A DNA stretch of 63,547 nt, filler included, from Collodictyon triciliatum (Eukaryota): the NCBI GenBank assembly GCA_043381765.1. It is 11 parts of 11 records of this genome, joined end to end, with 100 filler letters (N's around TTAATTAATTAA, not from the genome) between each part and the next. Parts side by side here need not be neighbours in the genome. Positions count along the whole stretch, not along the records: positions 52,088 to 57,769 come from JBHJMP010005022.1; positions 57,870 to 63,547 come from JBHJMP010005023.1; 9 more parts are not named here. The stretch is one strand, 5' to 3'. How positions within the stretch are numbered: position 1 is the first letter of the stretch; every line of letters begins with the position of its first letter. The translations under genes were made by a program, and so were the position numbers. Positions 52,200 to 63,547 of the stretch are shown piece after piece. The notes under the pieces were generated by a model that was not told the origin of the DNA, made no database searches, and saw only the letters and a list, made by a program, of their open reading frames with translations.

Positions 52200-55100
52200 C
52201 AGAGTCTTCTGCACGGTCACACCTTTTCACTTTGTTAGTTCTGAATATTCCTTCGGCATCCTTACATTTCTCCATTTGGGTGTTGAGCTTGGTATATTCC
52301 AAACGATGAGATTTTTTTAACTCCTTTTTTTTATAAAAAAAAAAAAAGAAGAAAAATCAGTGAATACCATGAAAATTTGTTCAAGGTTCTAAGGGGTTTT
52401 CTTCAAAGTAAGAATAATATCCGAGCATAGGACTTCGCCTTTCCTCACTTTTTCGTATTTTCAATTCTGAATAGCTTAGAACCTGAACATAGTTCAACTG
52501 CTCTCCTTTCACCATACAGCTCTCCAAGGTACATATTTTACCCATAATCTCCGAGTAGACCTTCATGATGTTTCATTAATACCAATATATACAACGGATA
52601 TTGGCATTCAGTGGGATATACACAACCTGGTCAATTATACTTAAAGTACGAATTCGCTGAGACTCTTTGACGCTTTCCATCATGGACTCGTCATACGTCA
52701 AAAAATTATTTGGGGTGCATATATCAAGAAGTAAAATATCCTCAGAATGGAAGACAGCAATCTAATGGCGAATAAAAACAACAATTGAAAGCAAGAGCAT
52801 CAAAAGTATAAAATAAAATAAGGAACATCGTACAATCTCGATATGGTAGATGTAGTGATGCCAATATACTCACCATATTTGAGTATCTAAAGTATATGTT
52901 AAAGTTCCTGAATAATGAGTGCTCGCATCCAGAACTTCTGCTGAAAATATTATTGTTGTAGAAACATAGTTCCAGGAATTTTCCAAAGGATAGTTTCCAT
53001 GCGTCTAAAACAATACATTTTTTAACTTTTTTTTTTTTATGATTCTAATATATTATTATGGATTCGATTAACAGAAATGGCGAACCTTTCGACAGATGAA
53101 ACCACGGAGTTTTTGTGCGACAAAGACAACAATATGTACATGTTTGAATACCATCCGATATACCACTTAATGGGAACGTTTCTACCCCGACATTTAGCCG
53201 AATTTTGTTGTGAAGAAACGTTTTTATGTGGGAATAAACCTTTTCTGTACAAGAAGGGCGAGAGCATACACGGTTACAATCGAAGCAAGACCTTTCCAAG
53301 AACTCGCCAATACTGAAATCCTGCCACAGTAAAAATAATAAAAATAATTACTTTAGATAAGAAATGCTGATTGTTTTCATTTATAAACACGTGTGAATCA
53401 ACCGATTCTACTTATTTTCTTGGTTATCTCTGATAATCTCGTAACCAGAAAAAAAGTTCATACCAATTCGTGGTAGAATTCCATATCTACAACGGAGGGT
53501 TCTTCGCATAAGAAACTAGTTTGGGATGCATAGGAAGACGTAAGAAATGAAACATGTTGGCAACTTAAAACAGTTTCCGGAGACAAGATAGCTATGCGCT
53601 CATCCAAATTCAAATATTTTCCTCGTAATTCGAGCTCATTGACCATATCTTTGTAAACGGAGTGATTTTCTTCAGCGTCAGAAGGACAGCCATGCAACTT
53701 GGCAATTTTTCTATCGACTAAAAACACAGACGGATGACTGGACATTTGAGCTTCAACATTTGGCCGACAAGAAAAGGGCTTCGGAAAATCTGTATGCGGA
53801 GATATTGAGTGGCAAACAGAATATGAAGATGTCGCATCGTCTAATTTCGCAGTTTCCGATTTCTCATGCATTTCTGCATAAGGGTCCATTTCCAGAATGG
53901 CAGCAATATCTGACTTTGTGAACTGACAGCCAAGGTTCTGAATGAAAGCCGACTCATATGCAGCATTCTGCATTGCGAGAATGCATAACTACACAATGAG
54001 GGAATACATTAAAATTTCATACAGCATATTGAATCACATACCCTGCATCATGGAAGTGTGATTCCATTATAAATTATCTTACCCGGAGTATTCTTTTTAC
54101 TTGGCTCAATTTTTGGTTATTTTCACCCCTAAGAATGACGTATGAACCAGATTGCGTAAATGAGCCATGAAAGTATGAAACTGTTTTCTTGAGGCCATCA
54201 CCCATTCGAATGGTCTCGCTACGAAACTCTCCACAATTCCATGAGGATGTGGAGCCTAATTTATCTTTGGAATATGATTCTTTAGCACATGTATGCATAT
54301 ATTTGAATTTCAACACACCATGATTCTCTGTTGATAATAAATGCTAAAGCAGATAACTAACCAAAGCTTGAGTAGACGGGAGTGTTCAGATATGAATGAA
54401 GTCTGTCCATCACTTTCGATTTAGTATTCAATATGACTGTGATGTTATGCTGAAGAAATAGTTCAACTGCAATGCCAGATACAGCTTTCTCCACGATGAC
54501 AATATCAGGAGATGCATCCACAATCTTATTCACAGCAGACTTGAGGTATTGATGCTAAATTGCATGGAAATATTCAACATCGCATTACAAGTAAGGAAAG
54601 AAAGAGAAAAGTGTGACTTGAAATCATACGTGTGGAACCAAGGAACTAATCGTATGAAGTTCGTTCTCATTTGATTCATATATATGATAGTCAAGATAAA
54701 ACGTTGTCATTGTCATTATTTTATAGTTGAGTAGATTATGTTTTGGATAAAAATATGACCATAATCGGAGAATATAGAAAATTCTTTTTAATTATATTTT
54801 TGTAATCAAGGATACTCAATTGGGCAGCGGAGCAATAAAACTTTTGGGTTATGTATTTGTGTGTTCATCTTTTTGTGCGCTATATGCTTGCTAAAAACAA
54901 ATCCTTCGTGGCTTTTTGAGTCACCGATGGTACCCCCGGGAATTATTTTTATCTGGTGGTTTTGATATTGATAAATTTAATATTATCAAAAAAAGTTAAT
55001 ATTCTATACATGAGTGTAACCTTGACAAGTTCCCTCAAATTTTGCACCAGATTGGTGTCCTTGAAATTTTTTATGTTCGCAATAGCAGACTGCGCGAGAA

Positions 55101-57590
55101 ATATGACTTGATCTATTAGGATATTCAGTCCAAGAAACTAGTTCTTTCGTAGAGGATTTATTGCTCATAAATAATTAATTAAAAAAATCCAAAAACAAAA
55201 AAAAAAACTACGTAAGATAAAAAAACCTGTCCAGTTTCGATCGAGGGAGAAATGTTTGACAAGTTGAGCAACCATCCCTTTAATGTGATATTCGTAGTAT
55301 CCCTGAATTCTCTCCAGACTTTGTATGCTTTTGGCTATTCAAACGTTAGCCCATTTTACAGAGGCATAATTCTTTGCACTGAGTCGAAAATAACAAGAAG
55401 AGAAAAATAAACTACAAACAGTCAAGGATGGGCGAGCTGGCGTCGAATTTCAACATTCCTTCGATATCTACACGATTTTTTAGACTCATTTTCAATCATA
55501 AAATATTGAGCCATACAAATGAGCGCCATAAAGAAATAACTGATTAATGGGAGTCATACTAAACAAAGATTTTGTAGAGTTTTTCCTTATATGAAAGCTT
55601 GATGTTCTCAATGTTCGGCTGCTCGGAAAACGAGTTGTCTCAGAAAGAGAAGGATTCCTATTCCTTTTTGTGACCTTTCCTTCAGAAACGATGGCTTCGT
55701 CACGGTCACTTGGGTTTGGTGGCTTAAATTCGCTATCGTTTGATATTATGGGTGGATATATTTGCGGCTCTGTCAAAGAGTTCACCCCGTCAAACTCATC
55801 ATCGGGACATTTTTCAGATTCACTGAGCCCACTGTCATCTGTTGAACTTCCATAAATATAGATTCCTTCAAAATCTTCATCTTGCTCATCTTGCTTGCCG
55901 TCTAAAATGATATTTTCTTCTTCTAAGTCAACTATTGGTATAATTGTGACCGGTTTATTGTCCTCAGCGCTATTTGTGCCCTAGGAAGAAAATTCCATTA
56001 TTATCCTAATGATGACTATTTTGCAAATATTCACCGTTGTCAAGAATAGTTCAAACGGTAATGTAATTGAAAGCATCACGGTCAAACACTTGGTATTATA
56101 ATGTGAATTTATTACATCTGGATTGCGAACTGATGTGCTATCCTTCTTAAAATCAAACCAGCCCTTGACATCGATGTTTCCTAATGAATATATTTGACTC
56201 TTTTTTTTTTTTTGCATCTGTAGAGTATGATGAATGTATCAAATATGATCATTACAAACCGATGACTTGTGCTTGTTGGGTGCTGGGAAAGGGATAATGA
56301 AATGATTTAGGTTTGCAAAATATTCAATTAATTGTTTTTCAGAGAATTTAGAGCTGTTGTAAATATTCGCATGAAACAAAACTAAATAGAAAAATCCTAT
56401 TAACTTCTCTAAAATTTTGATAATCAAATATATACAAATACAAAAATTGGTGCACCATTGTTCGTTAGCATTTGTTTTACACTCTTCAAAAAGACTCTGG
56501 CAGATAAGGCACACGAGAATAGATGACATCGACCCAGACTGTTCCGAAGCTGGAGATTTGATTTGTATCGTCGTCTCTACCACACATCTTATATAATATT
56601 TTTCACAGCTTCCATTATACAAACGATAATTTCTTCGCTGAAAGAAAAAAAAACATATGAACGAACGCAATCTTGGTCCGATGGTACATGATATGTATCA
56701 ATGCACGAGGAAATGATCACTATTATGCAATTTGGTAATGATGCTTACTTGGAACAGAATATATGGCCACATAGACGACAGTGGTGTCTGCGTCGAAAAA
56801 GATGAAACTCGCAATCACAGTTTTGGCATATGAGTGAAATTTCATCAGAGACCCAAAAGCCCTAAGTATTAAATGGTTTATTATGAATTCATTAATAAAA
56901 ATATAATCAATCAAAAAGAAAATATCAGAAGTCATCGAAAGCAGAACCACGAACAAAAATCACAAAAAAATTAAACAAAAAAACCGTGTGTCACTAACCC
57001 TACGAATATCGCCTGTATTCGTGATGTCTTTCAACCGACTCATTATCGTTTCTATCGACAAAGGTTCCTGAATAGCTCTTGTAGTCCCAGGTGCGATTGA
57101 AAATGAGCCTGTGCATTCACTTGAATTTGAAGAATCACTGATCTGACGTGGTGGTAAATCACACGCCAGGAAGCCTCTATCGTTCTCCTCCGTTGGAGGT
57201 GATAAAGTCTCGGCTACATCCTTTGTGCTGGTAATGTGGGATTGACGGTTGGCGTCAGAGTAAGGACTCAAAGGAAGGTTCTCCTTTCGGTTCCCATTTG
57301 CAGGCTCCTTTCTGTCTTCTTCATTTGATGTAAAGAGCCTGGTGTGTAAGTTGAAGGTTGTCGGACTGAGAAGGTTATCCAGAGATTGAGAATGGAGCAG
57401 CCAACTTGAATCGAAAGTGAGAAAAATGAAAGAAAAACTGAAGGAATTGGGGCTAATCTCACTTTCAATTAGTTTTGATTGTATGCATAATTTGGTGGTT
57501 CATTTAGAGTTTAGCACAATGTACGCTACCTGGAAAAAAAAGTTGATTGCTGCTTCATTTTGGACTTTGGTGCCTCAGGGAACATTAAGC
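52200..57590 (-). CDS. PIKFYVE: PIKfyve/Fab1 PI3P 5-kinase: FYVE, CCT-like and Cys-rich regions; kinase domain lies beyond the contig end
   Basis: FYVE: WVSDE...CQNC...FRRRHHCRLCGHIFCS. CCT-like: IPGGTIGDS...GFVFSKHIAHKKM...NPKVLLL, PDIVIVEKAVS, ILRG...VKRILR. Cys-rich region: AWKLSFGKFLE. Confidence 0.92.
54682..54815 (-). other. U12-type intron with non-canonical GT-AT termini (134 nt)
   Basis: 5' end GTATCCTTG; branch site TCTTGAC 8 nt before a CATAT end. Removal gives PIE|YESNENELHTISSL. No phase-compatible AG follows the branch site. Confidence 0.75.
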
Positions 57591-58030
57591 CTAGAACCAT
57601 AAAAAAACAATAAAAACGATAAAAACAATAAAAACAATAAAAACAATAAAAAAAACAATAAAAAACAATAAAAAAACAATAAAAAACAATAAAAAACAAT
57701 AAAAAACAATAAAAAACAATAAAAAACAATAAAAAACAATAAAAAAACAATAAAAAAAAAAAAAAAAAANNNNNNNNNNNNNNNNNNNNNNNNNNNNNNN
57801 NNNNNNNNNNNNNTTAATTAATTAANNNNNNNNNNNNNNNNNNNNNNNNNNNNNNNNNNNNNNNNNNNNTGTTGTCCTTTTTATTCAAAACTTGCGACTT
57901 GCAGCGGGGTTCGTAGTTCGGTATTTTGTCGTCCAGAACGTCAGAAGCCGAGGTGTGAACTCTGAAATCTGCCTTTTACTTGTGTTATCACAACCTTTTC
58001 TTAAACATGAACCCTGCCGTCTTTTTCAGG

Positions 58031-62652
<4,622 letters not shown>

Positions 62653-63382
62653 AGATGTCGAAGTCTAACATTTTTTTGATAATATTTTTCTTGTAATAAA
62701 CCCAAATCCCTCCTCGGAAATCAAAGTTGCTTCCATTATGGTTATCTGACCTGCCCCAAAATCCGACCACCAAGGAATGAAAAAGGAATATAGCCTCTGT
62801 TTGCACTCCACAAAGTATACGCACCAAAAAAAAAAAAAAAAGAGACAAAGATTACCATTACGCATTATCAGTAGAATGGCAATACTAATGGGTAGATATT
62901 CATGAATCAAACATACTCAGATATGCCTTGTATCAGTCTCCACTTCTAACACTATCACATGTTTATATGCTACACTCACCAACATCAGAGTGATTAAGTT
63001 CACCTTCACCTCCTTTCCAAAATATCAAGCATCTTAGTAAATAAAGGAGTTTTGGCCGTGGGCGCGCAAATATTATATCGAATGGGTTCAGTTTCATCAA
63101 AATGACATCGCCATGGACTCGTTTTAATAACACCATGAATACCCAATCTGTGGCTTATTATTCGATATTTTTTGTGTTACTCTCTTCGCTTCAGTTTGCT
63201 TTGTTTAATTTAATTCGTTTTATTTTATTTTTGTTGGATTTACTTTTATTTTTATGGGATCGAATCGGTTGTGAATTTCGGCGGTTAAATTCGTGTGGAA
63301 AAACACTCAAAACCAAACGTCACCAACAACGAAAATCACTTCCCGGCGACTCTGATCGCAGAGACCTGGTCTCGAGCTTTAT

Positions 63383-63547
63383 CTCTTTTCCTTCTTTTTC
63401 GTTTCTTCTTTTCTTTCTTTTTCTTCTTTTCTTTTCTTTCTTTTTCTTCTTTTCTTTTTCTTCTTTTTCTTCTTTTTCTTCTTTTTCTTCTTTTTCTTCT
63501 TTTTCTTCTTTTTCTTCTTTTTCTTCTTTTTCTTCTTTTTCTTCTTT
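63383..63547. repeat. (TTTTTCTTC)n microsatellite
   Basis: Directly visible at the window end. Confidence 0.95.

Noticed and set aside
62660-63160. Possible 3' exons of another minus-strand gene
   Set aside because: Splice-like signals are present, but I could not establish a consistent frame or recognisable product.

Overview
Eukaryotic, AT-rich, intron-dense nuclear DNA from a protist; DRC8-like, dynactin, GCP5 and cyclase-TKL kinase genes suggest a flagellated, possibly amoebozoan-like organism, but the species cannot be assigned. The window is not one locus. It is 11 pieces of about 5.68-5.69 kb, joined in near-descending size order by 100-nt N/TTAATTAATTAA linkers, so most genes are cut off at piece ends. 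By hand-splicing I can support: a WD40/Cys-rich multipass receptor, an EFCAB2/DRC8-like protein, GCP5, a coiled-coil protein, a LINE 5' fragment and an RT fossil, a UBA-Ariadne RBR ligase, an FG-GAP membrane protein with an alternating Arg/Ser stalk, an LRR protein, a pseudocyclase-TKL kinase, a double-RGS protein, DCTN4, a kelch/CUB protein, ELM1, LRR-PP2C, PIKfyve/Fab1 and a WD40 protein. The most notable signal is in splicing. There are two adjacent AT-AC U12-type introns in Ariadne, a U12-type intron with GT-AT ends in PIKfyve, a further GT-AG U12 candidate, and at least four obligatory GC-AG introns. Together these suggest a minor-intron-rich genome with non-canonical splice boundaries. 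All exon structures are manual inferences without transcript data.
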